64,000 nucleotides of DNA. Source: Rhodobacterales bacterium. GTDB lineage: Bacteria; Pseudomonadota; Alphaproteobacteria; Rhodobacterales; CAZPXZ01. The position numbers and the translations under genes were made by a program. The DNA lies in NCBI GenBank assembly GCA_965221505.1, contig CBDCSI010000001.1, positions 2,197,835-2,261,834 of the forward strand, read 5' to 3'. The notes beneath the pieces were generated by a model that worked only from the letters and a program-made list of their open reading frames with translations, had not been told where the DNA came from and ran no database searches. Of this stretch, positions 16,772 to 26,973 are shown one piece after another (the first letter of the stretch is position 1; every line of letters starts with the position of its first letter).

Positions 16772-19591
16772 ATGGCAGATCGGCTCGTCGAATCGAGACA
16801 GGACACCCGGAACCGGAAAGATCGCCCTCCCGCGTTTCGGGGCTGGTTGTCGACGGACGAACAGGAGGTCGAGCGCCGCCGGTGGCGGGGTCGAACCGAG
16901 GTGCTGGAATTCGAGCGCCTGGAGCCCGGGTTCGAGTTCTACGGAACGTATCGCGTCGCCGGATCCGCGGGCCGGAGCTACACCGTCGAAGTCCGGCATC
17001 TTCGGGATCTCTCGAACAGCTGCACCTGCCAGGACTTCGCCAACGCCGGTCTCGGCACGTGCAAGCACGTCGAAGGGGTGCTTCATCGCCTGCGGGAGAC
17101 GGACCCGCACCGCTTCGAAGAGGCTGCAACGGCCGGATCGCCCAGGATCGAGGTCTTTCTCGCGGACGACCCGGAGCCGAGTCCGACGGTAGTGGCTCCG
17201 ACAAACGTCGCCGTACCCGGGCTGGGCGACGAAGTCCGGCGCCTGGCGGCGACGCTTTGCGAGGGATCGGACCTCGATGCGCTCGCCGGGTTGCGTGCGC
17301 TTGCGGACGCGAATTCGGCAACCCTCCGGGTATCCCTTCTCCTGGACGGATGGGCGGAGCGGAAGCGCAGCGAAGCCGAGCGGGAAGCCCGGCGGACGCG
17401 GGTCCTCGCCGCGATCGATGCGGGGCGGCTCACCGTCGACAATCTCAAGTATTCGCTCTTCCCCTACCAGGTGAAGGGCGTGCTTCACCTCGCTCTGGGC
17501 GGTCGGGTGATGCTGGCCGACGACATGGGCCTCGGCAAGACCGTTCAGGCGATCGGCGCGACGGAACTGCTCGCCCGGATCGGCGAGGTCGAACGGGTCT
17601 TGGTGGTATGCCCCACTTCGCTGAAGTCGGAATGGGCGGAGCAGATCGCCGGAGCGACCGACCGCGAGACGCAGCTGGTGCAAGGGTTGCTTCCGGCCCG
17701 GCTGGCGCAATACGCCGAGGCGCCCTTCTACACCGTCACCAATTACGAACAGGTGCGCAACGACCTTGCCCACATCCAGCGCCTGGTACGGCCCGACCTG
17801 GTCATCCTGGACGAGGCGCAACGCATCAAGAATTGGCGTACCAAGACCGCCGATTCGGTGAAGCGCCTCGAGAGCCGCTTCGCCTTCGTGCTCACCGGAA
17901 CGCCGCTCGAAAACCGGATCGACGAGGTCTATTCGATCGCGCAGTATCTGGACCCCGACCTGCTCGGACCGCTGTTCCGGTTCAACCGACGCTACTACGT
18001 GCTCGACGATCGCGGGCGGCCGGTGTCGCTGAAACACCTGGACGAGCTGCACCGGCGCATCGGGACGGTGATGCTACGCCGGAGGAAGGACGACATCGAG
18101 CAGGAGCTGCCGGACCGTGTCGTCAACAACTTTTACCTGCCGATGACGGAGGTGCAGGCCGACCGGTACGCGGACTACGAGGCCATGGTCGTGCGCCTCG
18201 CGTCGATCGCGCGCAGTCGCCCGCTCTCCGACGTCGAGTTCAAGCGGATGCAGGGCGGGCTCGCCTGCATGCGAATGCTTTGCGACACGGCCTACATTCT
18301 CGACCCGACGGAGCGGGACTGTCCCAAGCTGGAAGAGCTGGAGCGGATTCTCGAGGACCTGCTGTCGGACCCGACGAGCAAGGTGATCGTGTTTTCGGAG
18401 TGGGTCCGGATGCTCAGCCTCGTGCGGGAGCGGCTGCAGGAGATGGGCGTGGAATACGCCTGGCACACGGGCAGCGTGCCGCAGCAGAAGCGCCGGGCGG
18501 AAATCCAGCGCTTCAAGGAGGATCCCGACTGCCGCGTGTTCCTTTCGTCGGAGAGCGGCGGGGCGGGCCTGAACCTGCAAGCCGCCAACGCCGTGATCAA
18601 CGTCGATCTGCCGTGGAATCCCGCAAAGCTGGAGCAACGCATCGCACGGGCCTGGCGAAAGCACCAGAAGCGGACGGTCCATGTCGTCAATCTGGTCGCC
18701 GAGAACACCATCGAGCACCGGATGCTGGGGGTGCTGGAAGCCAAGCAGGGCCTGTCCGACGCGGTACTGGACGGTGCGACGGAGGACGGGAAGCTGGAGC
18801 TTCCCTCCGGCCGGAAAGCGCTGCTGGAGCGGCTCGAGGAGCTCCTGGCGCAGCCGGACCCGGCTGCGCCCCCGAAGCCCGTCGCGGAGGACCCCGTGGC
18901 GTCGTCGCTGACCGCCCTCCGGGAAGCCTACGGCGAGGCTCTGTTTGCCGTCGAGCTTCGAAAGGACCGGTCGGAGGGCAAGTCCCTCCTGGTCGTCCTG
19001 CAACCGGTCGAGGGAGCCGAGCCGGCAGACCCGGAGTCGATCGGTTGCGCGCTCCCGGTCACCTCCATCGATCGCACGAGCTACGAGTCCATGCTGCGCA
19101 TGGAGGAAGCGGGGATGCTCGATTTCTCCGCGACCCGGCTCGACGTCGTCTACCGCGAGACTCCGGAGGATCGGGCGGAAGTCGAAACCCGCCGGAACCG
19201 GGAACGGGCGCAGGCGCATCTTGCCGAAGCGGTGCGGCTCCAGAAGATGGCGGTGCTTCTCTCGGGCGGCGGATTCGAGGCGGAAGCCGGGAAGCAGGCG
19301 GGACCGATCGCGGTGGCCGCGATCCGCGCGCTCGCCGCCGATTCCGGTCTCGACGCCGGAGACGATTCTCCTGCCGGCGACGCGTTGCTGGCGACGTGCG
19401 GGCAGCTGATCGAGGCCGGAGTCCTGACGGCCGAACTGGAAGCGACGGCTGCCCGGCTGTGTATGGATGCGGTCGGCGAGATCGAGGATTCCGTGTCGTT
19501 CGGTGCCGGCCGGGACGACTCCGGCACCGCCGCCGGCCTCGAGGGCGCCGGACGAATTCTCGACGTAGCGCGGAACCGGCTCGCCGCCTGA
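16772..19591 (+). CDS. SWIM zinc-finger::SNF2-family helicase with an uncharacterised C-terminal extension of about 290 aa
   Basis: Track ORF 16520..19591. I place the start at MADRLVESRQ (ATG 16772). SWIM: CTCQDF...GTCKHV. SNF2 motifs: LADDMGLGKT, LILDEAQRIKN, LTGTPLENR, helicase-C ...GGAGLNLQAANAVINVDLPWNPA...EQRIARAWR. Confidence 0.85.
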   Translation: MADRLVESRQDTRNRKDRPPAFRGWLSTDEQEVERRRWRGRTEVLEFERLEPGFEFYGTYRVAGSAGRSYTVEVRHLRDLSNSCTCQDFANAGLGTCKHVEGVLHRLRETDPHRFEEAATAGSPRIEVFLADDPEPSPTVVAPTNVAVPGLGDEVRRLAATLCEGSDLDALAGLRALADANSATLRVSLLLDGWAERKRSEAEREARRTRVLAAIDAGRLTVDNLKYSLFPYQVKGVLHLALGGRVMLADDMGLGKTVQAIGATELLARIGEVERVLVVCPTSLKSEWAEQIAGATDRETQLVQGLLPARLAQYAEAPFYTVTNYEQVRNDLAHIQRLVRPDLVILDEAQRIKNWRTKTADSVKRLESRFAFVLTGTPLENRIDEVYSIAQYLDPDLLGPLFRFNRRYYVLDDRGRPVSLKHLDELHRRIGTVMLRRRKDDIEQELPDRVVNNFYLPMTEVQADRYADYEAMVVRLASIARSRPLSDVEFKRMQGGLACMRMLCDTAYILDPTERDCPKLEELERILEDLLSDPTSKVIVFSEWVRMLSLVRERLQEMGVEYAWHTGSVPQQKRRAEIQRFKEDPDCRVFLSSESGGAGLNLQAANAVINVDLPWNPAKLEQRIARAWRKHQKRTVHVVNLVAENTIEHRMLGVLEAKQGLSDAVLDGATEDGKLELPSGRKALLERLEELLAQPDPAAPPKPVAEDPVASSLTALREAYGEALFAVELRKDRSEGKSLLVVLQPVEGAEPADPESIGCALPVTSIDRTSYESMLRMEEAGMLDFSATRLDVVYRETPEDRAEVETRRNRERAQAHLAEAVRLQKMAVLLSGGGFEAEAGKQAGPIAVAAIRALAADSGLDAGDDSPAGDALLATCGQLIEAGVLTAELEATAARLCMDAVGEIEDSVSFGAGRDDSGTAAGLEGAGRILDVARNRLAA

Positions 19592-20370
19592 ACCATTGCG
19601 GGCGACGCGCCGCAAGACCTCACTGAGCAGGGCCCGAGGCAACCAAAACGCCAAGAGCGATTACGGCGACGACGCGACTCGGTTGATCGAGAGCGTTCTG
19701 AATTGCGACCCTGAGCCGACCCGATTCGCTGCCGAGCGATAGAACGAGGCCGTCCCGACCCTCCCCCCGCTACATTCGGTCGCGAATAGGAGAAAGTCCA
19801 GGTGTGCGGCGGGGGACCGGAAACCATAGAGAGATATCAGGGTCGCCGGGACGAGTGTCCGACGACGCTGCCCACGTCCCCTTCCGGTCGGCGGACGGCA
19901 AGGAGTCGCCCCGCACTGGAAGACCGGTCGAGGATCGCCGGTTGCGTGATCGCCTCGCGGCGGCAAGCGCCCCAGAGATGTCGACATGGATGCAAATTGA
20001 CGCGCGTTTTGCCGAAAATTTGCGCTCCCGGGTGCGGCGAGCCGGCTGCTTTCGCTTCCCGGTCCCGAAGCGCATCCGGCATCTCCACCCCGTCGAGCAT
20101 CGCCCGATCCCGAGCACGTCGCTCGGCATTGCAGCGCTGAGTCGCCGCACTTCGGTCCGAACGAGGCGAGACGGATGCCACCTCGGCTCGCTCCCGCCGC
20201 AGGGTGCTGTCCCCTGCAACCAGCAAACCCCGTAGTCCATGCCGGAAACGCCGCAAGCGCATTTCACGAGCACCGATCGAGCAGGAAGCGAGCCAGTGCG
20301 ACAACAAGCTAGTCATGCCTGGTCGAAGCGGATATGTTGATTCAAAACGACACAATAGGGAGTCTCGAAT

Positions 20371-21918
20371 ATGCCAAACTTCAATCGACGCCAAGCCTTG
20401 GCGTCCTCGGCAGCCTTGTCGTTCATCGCGACCCTGCCGCGAATCGCTTTGGCAGGTGGGCACGGCGATACTCTCCGAGTCGCGATCGCCGGCGAAACCG
20501 GCGACCTCGACCTGCTACAAAACGTATCAACGCTTTCGTCCTACACGGTCGTCTTTGACGGGCTCATTCATTATGGCCCCGGCGGAAAGCTGGAGCCAGG
20601 CCTCGCCACGTCGTGGGCGGTAGCCGAAGACGGAAAATCGATCACCTTCGACCTCCGCGAGGGCGTGACCTTTTCCGACGGAACGTCGTTCGACGCAGAG
20701 GCCGCGAAGTGGAACCTCGAACGCTGGATGGGCGTCGAAGACTTCTCTTGGATCGGAATATCCGACGCATACGAGAACGTCGTCATAAACGGCCCAAACC
20801 GGATCACCGTGAACCTGACGCGACCGGTGCCGGCAGCGCTTCTGGAACTCACGATCGTGCGCCCGGTGCGCTTCCTCTCGCCGAACGCGGACGACGGCCA
20901 ACCCGTCGGGACCGGCCCCTGGATCGTCGAGAGTTACTCGTCGAGCGAGACGATACTCACCAGAAACGATTCCTATTGGGGAGAGAAACCCTCGTTCGGT
21001 CGGCTGGAACTCAAGGTGGTCCCGGACGAATTGGCTCGCGCCAACGCTCTGCGGGCAGGCGAGCTCGACGTGATCGGCGGCGACTGGGTCGCCCCGCTCT
21101 CCCCGCGCCGTGCCCGTGCGCTCGAAGGCGAAGGCATGACCATCGTGGCCGAACCGGGGACCGCAACGACGATCCTCGGCTACTCGCCGAAATCGCCGGT
21201 CATGTCGGAATTCGGGGTGCGGGAAGCGGTGTTCCTGGGCATCGACCGCGCCGCCGTCGCGCAGGTTCTCTTCGAGGGTTTCGCCGACCCGACAGTCGAC
21301 GTCTTTCCGACGACCGTCCCGACAGCCGGTGCCCGTCGCGACGTACCCGCCCGCGACGCGGCCGCTGCTCGGGCGGCCCTGGAAGCGGCAGGATGGAGCG
21401 GCGACGGGTCCGGCTGGACGAAGGGCGGCCAGGCGCTCGAGATCGACTTCCTCGTATCCGAGGAATCCTTCCCCGGCTCGCGCCGGATCGCCGAGATGAT
21501 CCAGGCGATGCTGACTGAGATCGGCTTCGCGGTAAACGTCTCGTCGGTCGACAACGCCACGATGCACGAACGGCGCCCCAACTTCGAATACGACCTGACC
21601 TTCTTCGCGACCTACGGCGCGCCCTACGACCCGCACGGATCGCTTGGAGCTTCGTTCGTGTCGACGGTGGATACGGGTCCGGACGGCAAGATCTACGTTT
21701 CCGACGAACTCGATACGGTGGTTCTCGCTGCGCTGGAGGCTTCGGGCGAGGCGCGGGAAGCCGCGATGCAGGGCGTCTATGACTGGCTCCACGACAACGT
21801 GGCGGCCTGTCCGCTTCTGGTGACGCAGAGGATCTGGGCGGTGCATCCTCGCGTACAGGGCTTCAGCCTGCCGGCGACCGACTACGACATCCCCTACAAG
21901 GGGCTGACGATCGGCTGA
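20371..21918 (+). CDS. ABC transporter substrate-binding protein, family 5 (nickel/peptide type)
   Basis: Track ORF of 515 aa with AGGGAG 8 nt upstream. It has a Tat-like N-terminus (MPNFNRRQALASSAAL) and the family-5 core ...GLATSWAVAEDGKSITFDLREGVTFSDG.... Confidence 0.88.
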   Translation: MPNFNRRQALASSAALSFIATLPRIALAGGHGDTLRVAIAGETGDLDLLQNVSTLSSYTVVFDGLIHYGPGGKLEPGLATSWAVAEDGKSITFDLREGVTFSDGTSFDAEAAKWNLERWMGVEDFSWIGISDAYENVVINGPNRITVNLTRPVPAALLELTIVRPVRFLSPNADDGQPVGTGPWIVESYSSSETILTRNDSYWGEKPSFGRLELKVVPDELARANALRAGELDVIGGDWVAPLSPRRARALEGEGMTIVAEPGTATTILGYSPKSPVMSEFGVREAVFLGIDRAAVAQVLFEGFADPTVDVFPTTVPTAGARRDVPARDAAAARAALEAAGWSGDGSGWTKGGQALEIDFLVSEESFPGSRRIAEMIQAMLTEIGFAVNVSSVDNATMHERRPNFEYDLTFFATYGAPYDPHGSLGASFVSTVDTGPDGKIYVSDELDTVVLAALEASGEAREAAMQGVYDWLHDNVAACPLLVTQRIWAVHPRVQGFSLPATDYDIPYKGLTIG

Positions 21919-21943
21919 CGATCGGGCGAACGGGGCGGGACCC

Positions 21944-22885
21944 GTGCGACGCGTCTTCCTGAGGCGCGCGGGTCTCGCCCTGTTATTGATGCTGGCCGCC
22001 ACCGCGCTAACTTTCGCGCTGGTGACGGCCGCCCCCGGCAACGTCGCCGCGCTGATCGCCGAACGGGCGGCGGGCGCGGGCGCGGACGGCCAGATGATTG
22101 CCCGGATCGCCAAAGAACTCGGCCTGAACGATCCGCTTCCGGTGCGGTATTTCAGATGGCTCGGGGACGCGTTCGCCGGCGACTTCGGGGTTAGCCTGCG
22201 CACGGGCAAGCCGATCTCCGAGGAGTTCGCGGAGCGTATCCCGGTAACCGCCGCCCTGCTCGCGGGCGGCGGTATCCTCGCATTGCTCTATTCCCTGGCG
22301 CTGGGGATCGTAGGAGCCGCTTCGAACGGCGGAGGCACGGACCGGCTCCTGCACGGTATCGCCCTTGTCGGCGCCTCGACGCCGAACTTCTTTGTCGCAG
22401 CGCTTCTGGTGATCGTCTTTGCCGTCGGCCTCGGTTGGGTCCCGAGTTTCGGCCTTTACGGCTGGACTTCGTGGCTGCTGCCTTGCGTGACCATCTCGCT
22501 CTTTCCGGGATCGGTGCTTGCCAGAGTAGTGCGCGTCAATCTGCAAGAGGCCATGGCGCGTCCCTTCGCGACGACCGGATTCGCGAAGGGAATGAGCCGC
22601 GGCGAAGTTCTCGTACGCGAGGCGCTGCCGAATATAGCCATCCCCTACATCACGACGTTCGGCGCACAGTTCACGCTGATGATCATCGGCGCCATCGTGG
22701 TCGAACGCGTCTTCGGCCTGAACGGCATCGGCGCTTTCTTCATCGAGGCGATCCGGTTTCGAGACTTCGTCGGCATGCAGGCCGTCTTGACCCTGTTCGT
22801 CGTCTTCTTCGTCACCGTGAACCTGCTCGTCGACCTCGTCGCCATGCTGATCGACCCTCGGTTGCGTAGAGCCAGGAGGGTGTGA
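21944..22885 (+). CDS. ABC transporter permease (NikB/DppB-like)
   Basis: Track ORF of 313 aa with a GTG start. It has the ...APGNVAALI... N-terminal segment and a multi-TM profile. Confidence 0.88.
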   Translation: MRRVFLRRAGLALLLMLAATALTFALVTAAPGNVAALIAERAAGAGADGQMIARIAKELGLNDPLPVRYFRWLGDAFAGDFGVSLRTGKPISEEFAERIPVTAALLAGGGILALLYSLALGIVGAASNGGGTDRLLHGIALVGASTPNFFVAALLVIVFAVGLGWVPSFGLYGWTSWLLPCVTISLFPGSVLARVVRVNLQEAMARPFATTGFAKGMSRGEVLVREALPNIAIPYITTFGAQFTLMIIGAIVVERVFGLNGIGAFFIEAIRFRDFVGMQAVLTLFVVFFVTVNLLVDLVAMLIDPRLRRARRV

Positions 22886-22949
22886 GATAACGATCCCCAA
22901 GCTTCCCTGGCTCGTCCTTTCTCCGGCTCTGACGTTCGTACTCGTCGGT

Positions 22950-23792
22950 GTGTTCGCGCCGCTCCTGATGACGCACGACCCCGCAGCGCAGGACTACACT
23001 GCCATCCTCCAAGGGCCGTCGACGTCGCACTGGCTGGGGACCGACTACCTCGGACGCGACCTCTGGAGCCGGATTGTTGCAGGTGCGCGCACCTCGCTCG
23101 TCGCGATGTCCTTCGTGCTCGTAGCCGCTCTCGTGATCGGGGTCGTCGTGGGCTCGGTCGCGGGGTATGTGGGCGGTCTCGTCGAGACCGTCCTGATTTC
23201 GCTTGTCGACATCGCACTCGCGTTGCCCTCCCTCATTATCGCTCTGGCCCTGATGGGCGTGTTCTCGGGCGAAAATTTCGACTGGTTGGACAATTACTGG
23301 AAAATGGTTCTTGCGCTCACGCTGGCCTGGTGGGCCAACTATGCGCGGATGAGCCGGGCCGTCGTCGTGGCGGAACTGCAGCAACCGTATATCGAAGCCG
23401 CCCGCGTCATGGGCGCATCGCATATCTGGATTTTCGCGCGCCATATACTGCCGCACGTGCTCGGACTCGTGGTCGTCTATGCGTCTGCCGACGCCGGGGC
23501 GCTCGTCCTCGCTATCGCGACCCTGTCGTTTCTCGGCCTCGGCGTCGCCCCCCCGACGGCCGAGTGGGGGCAGATGCTGGTCGACGGGATGAGCTACATC
23601 GAGGACCACCCGAGCCTCGTGGTCGTTCCCGGTCTTGCGTTGACCGCCGTAGTCGTCAGTTTCAACCTGCTGGGCGAGGCGTTCGCGCTCCAGAAAGTTC
23701 CGCGCGCGCTCAGAGGGCGTGCGCTCGACCGCAAACGCGCCAAACGGACGGATGAGGAATTGGCCCGCAATACTGCGAAAGGCCCGACATGA
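22950..23792 (+). CDS. ABC transporter permease (NikC/DppC-like); the true start is probably upstream (about 22887-22893) at a non-canonical codon
   Basis: Track ORF of 280 aa, starting at GTG 22950. The same frame is open back to 22851 and encodes the expected first TM helix (IPKLPWLVLSPALTFVLVGVFAPLL), but no ATG/GTG/TTG occurs there. Confidence 0.8.
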   Translation: MFAPLLMTHDPAAQDYTAILQGPSTSHWLGTDYLGRDLWSRIVAGARTSLVAMSFVLVAALVIGVVVGSVAGYVGGLVETVLISLVDIALALPSLIIALALMGVFSGENFDWLDNYWKMVLALTLAWWANYARMSRAVVVAELQQPYIEAARVMGASHIWIFARHILPHVLGLVVVYASADAGALVLAIATLSFLGLGVAPPTAEWGQMLVDGMSYIEDHPSLVVVPGLALTAVVVSFNLLGEAFALQKVPRALRGRALDRKRAKRTDEELARNTAKGPT

Positions 23793-24796
23793 ACGAGCCG
23801 GTCTACGCCGTCGAAGACCTCGTCATAGACCTCTTCACCCCTTCCGCCTCCGTCCGGGCCGTCGACGGCGTGAGCTTCGTCGTCAACGCAGGCGAAACTC
23901 TCGCCGTCGTCGGTGAGAGCGGTTCGGGCAAGACGGTCATGACGCTGGGACCTCTCGGGCTCATGCCGGAGGGGGTCACGATCGACCTGAAGGGGTCGGT
24001 CCGGGCCGCTGGCCGCGACCTGCTGGAGATGACGCAGAAGGAACTCTCTGCAGTCCGCGGAAGTCGATTCGGGGTGATATTCCAGGATCCGATGAGCGCA
24101 CTGAACCCGATGCTGAAAATCGGACCGCAACTCGCAGAGCAGGCACGCCGGTTTGCCGGTCTCTCGGCGGAGGCGGCGCGCCGGGAAGCCGTGACGCTCC
24201 TCGCCCGGACCGGCATTCCGGACCCCGAGGACCGATATGACCGCTATCCCCACGAACTGTCGGGCGGAATGCTGCAACGCGCGATGATCGCCCTCGCCCT
24301 CGCCGCTCGACCCGATATCCTGATCGCCGACGAACCGACCACCGCGCTCGACGCGACCGTGCAGGCGCAGATTCTCGCGCTTCTGCGCCAGATCCAGGCC
24401 GAGGACGGCATCGCGGTCGTCCTCATCACCCACGACATCGGCGCGGTATCCGTCCTCGCCGACAGGGTGCTGGTCTTGTACGCGGGCCGGACCGCCGAGG
24501 AAGGCAGCGCCATCGACGTGTTGACCGCACCTGTCCACCCCTACACCCGGGGCCTTCTGGCATCCGTGCCGGACTTCCGCTCCGACGACGCATCGGGCAC
24601 GCGAGAGATTCCGGGCCTCCCGCCGGATCAGACCCGCCTCTTGCCGGGGTGCCGCTTCGCCGACCGGTGTGCGCAGGCGATCGACCCTTGCCGGTCGATT
24701 CGCCCGGAATTGACCCGCGTCGGCGGCATTGAGAGTGCGCATCGGGCAGCCTGCCCCGTCGCCGTATCGAGCGAGGAAATCGGCAGACATGCCTGA
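23789..24796 (+). CDS. ABC transporter ATP-binding protein (NikD/DppD-like)
   Basis: Track ORF of 335 aa with [16 protein letters not shown] and ADEPTTALD. Its start overlaps the permease stop. Confidence 0.9.
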   Translation: MNEPVYAVEDLVIDLFTPSASVRAVDGVSFVVNAGETLAVVGESGSGKTVMTLGPLGLMPEGVTIDLKGSVRAAGRDLLEMTQKELSAVRGSRFGVIFQDPMSALNPMLKIGPQLAEQARRFAGLSAEAARREAVTLLARTGIPDPEDRYDRYPHELSGGMLQRAMIALALAARPDILIADEPTTALDATVQAQILALLRQIQAEDGIAVVLITHDIGAVSVLADRVLVLYAGRTAEEGSAIDVLTAPVHPYTRGLLASVPDFRSDDASGTREIPGLPPDQTRLLPGCRFADRCAQAIDPCRSIRPELTRVGGIESAHRAACPVAVSSEEIGRHA

Positions 24797-25808
24797 CACT
24801 ACACGGTCGGAACGGGTCTCAGCCGGTCCGGACCCGTTGACGCCTGCGATCGAGGTCGAGGGTCTGAAGGTCCATTTTCGCACGTCCGCGGGGCTCGTGC
24901 GCGCTGCGGACGGCGTCGACCTGACGGTGAAGAACGGCGCCTTCCACGGGATCGTGGGTGAATCCGGATGCGGCAAGACGACGCTCGCGCGGGCAATCGT
25001 CGGACTCCAGATCGCGACCGCCGGACGCGTTCGCATTTTCGGACGCGAACGGGCCGATTGGCAATCGAAGGACCGAAAGGGTTTCGCGCGCGCGGTTCAG
25101 TTCATCTTCCAGGACCCGCTCGGGTCGATGAGCCGTCGGCAATCCGTGCAACAGACGTTGGAGGAACCGCTGCGCATCCACGGCCTGGGCAACGGGCGGA
25201 CGAGGCGCCGCAAGATTGAAGAGCTCCTCGATCTGGTCGCTCTTCCCGGGTCGGTGCTCGATCGCCTGCCGCGCTCGCTCTCGGGCGGCCAGAGGCAACG
25301 CGTGTCGATCGCCCGGGCCCTTGCCCTGGATCCCGATGTGCTGGTCTGCGACGAGCCTCTCTCGGCGCTTGACGTGTCGGTCAGGGCGCAAATTGTGAAC
25401 CTCTTCGCACGACTCCGGAATCAACTTGGCCTGACTGTCGTTATCGTTGCCCACGACCTTGCGATCGTGCGCGAGATATGCTCGGAAGTGACGGTCATGT
25501 ACCTGGGTCGCGTGGCGGAAGAGGGCTCTTCCCGGTCCTTTTTCGCCGACCCGGCCCATCCGTACTCGCAAGCCCTTCTTTCCGCAGTTCCCTCACCGGA
25601 TCCTCGGATCGAAGCGACGCGCGCGCGCGTCCTGCTCGAAGGCGATCCTCCGTCGCCTCGGAACCCGCCGGCCGGATGTCGTTTCTCCACGCGTTGCCCG
25701 GCGGCCGTCGACGCGTGCCGCGTTCGCGAGCCGACCCTGCGCAACGTGCAGCATGGCGGACGCGCCGCCTGCCACTTGGCCGACGAGTCCGGGCATCCGA
25801 TCCTCTGA
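24789..25808 (+). CDS. ABC transporter ATP-binding protein (NikE/DppF-like)
   Basis: Track ORF 24729..25808. I place the start at MPDTTRSE (ATG 24789), which overlaps the previous gene by 8 nt. Motifs: GESGCGKTT, LSGGQRQR, CDEPLSALD. Confidence 0.9.
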   Translation: MPDTTRSERVSAGPDPLTPAIEVEGLKVHFRTSAGLVRAADGVDLTVKNGAFHGIVGESGCGKTTLARAIVGLQIATAGRVRIFGRERADWQSKDRKGFARAVQFIFQDPLGSMSRRQSVQQTLEEPLRIHGLGNGRTRRRKIEELLDLVALPGSVLDRLPRSLSGGQRQRVSIARALALDPDVLVCDEPLSALDVSVRAQIVNLFARLRNQLGLTVVIVAHDLAIVREICSEVTVMYLGRVAEEGSSRSFFADPAHPYSQALLSAVPSPDPRIEATRARVLLEGDPPSPRNPPAGCRFSTRCPAAVDACRVREPTLRNVQHGGRAACHLADESGHPIL

Positions 25809-26379
25809 TTGCCTTCGCGCCGCCGAACGGGCTCGCACCCGCTCTCGCGCGGGGATTCTTGCGGCCCTCGAGACGCGAACCTGTTCCGGAGAACGACCGG
25901 CAACCAGGCTCTATTCCGGTGTTCGAGACAGACATGGAAACACTGTTCGGTACCGCCGCGCATCTGCGCCGCGCGGCGTTACCTTCGCAACGGAGAGGGC
26001 GCCGCAACGGGTCGGCTGCGAGTTCGCTCCCGTAGGTGCCGACGCGACCTGCATGGCCGCGCGACGAACGTCTCGGCATCGATCTCGATCGCTGCATCGT
26101 CGCGAGCCAAGCGAAGCGGGCGTCGAGAACGGTACGGTCCCATCCGGGCATTTCGCTACGCCCTCGGCGGCGGAACGGTGTGTGCGTCCGCCGAGCCGTC
26201 AGGAAATTCGAATGGGCGTTCGGGACCGGTAAACGCGAACCCGGGTTCCCCTGCCCCGCCCAAAACCGCATTGGGCAATGATCGCGGTAAGGGTGCGGTT
26301 GTCGTCCGCGAACTAATCCGGCGCCGACGACTCGGATCGCGGCCGCCCTGTCAGCCGCGACTTCCTGTCCGCGTTCGGA

Positions 26380-26973
26380 CTACTCGCCCGGTTCGGACCT
26401 AGAGGCCCTCCAGCGGTCGGCAGCGCTGCGAATCGCGTAGACCGCGCAACAGGCGAGGACGAGCTTCAAGAGATCGCCCGGGACGAACGGAACGAGCCCC
26501 CACTGCAGTGTGGTGGCCCAATCGGGCGCGAAGGCGTGTAGCCAGAGGAGTCCCGGCACGTAGAGGACCACGTTGCCGATCAGCATCGCGACGCCGGCAA
26601 ACAGGATCCTGCGATCCCAGCCGCGTTCCGCAAGCCAGCCGACTACGAACGCCGCCGCGACAAATCCCCACAGGTACCCGGCGGTCGGGCCCACGAGATG
26701 CGCGGCCCCTCCCTTCGCATTCGCGAATACCGGCAACCCGAGGGCGCCCTCGAGCAGGTAGGCGAGAACGGTGACGGCAGCGAGGCGCGAGCCGTACAGG
26801 AGGCCCAGACACAGCACCCCGAACGTCTGACCGGTGATGGGAACCGGCAAGACGGGAACGGATACCTGCGACACCAGCGCCAGGAACACGCTGCCGCCGA
26901 GGACGAGTCCTGCATGTCGCTGCCAACTGGACGACGGAAACAGAACGTTGGCGGTGTTGGCGTCGGTATTCAT
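26380..26973 (-). CDS. bioY: Biotin transporter BioY
   Basis: Track ORF of 197 aa. PVPITGQTFGVLL...GP.GGYL.GF is the BioY signature. Confidence 0.9.
   Translation of the reverse strand: MNTDANTANVLFPSSSWQRHAGLVLGGSVFLALVSQVSVPVLPVPITGQTFGVLCLGLLYGSRLAAVTVLAYLLEGALGLPVFANAKGGAAHLVGPTAGYLWGFVAAAFVVGWLAERGWDRRILFAGVAMLIGNVVLYVPGLLWLHAFAPDWATTLQWGLVPFVPGDLLKLVLACCAVYAIRSAADRWRASRSEPGE

Noticed and set aside
19785-19850. GGAGAAAGTCCAGG…CCATAGAGAG, reminiscent of the RNase P RNA CR-I block (GAGGAAAGTCCGGGCTCCATAGGG).
   Set aside because: Only these short motifs match. The rest of the RNase P architecture (P4 partner, ACAGAAnCCGGCTTA-type 3' block, overall length and helices) is not present in the flanks.
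19914-19929. CACTGGAAGACCGGTC upstream of the Ni/peptide-type ABC operon, resembling a cobalamin-riboswitch B12 box.
   Set aside because: I could not find the upstream conserved core (GGTG…AA…GGGAA…GGTGAAAATCC…GCCACTG) at the right spacing. It needs a covariance-model scan before any claim is made.
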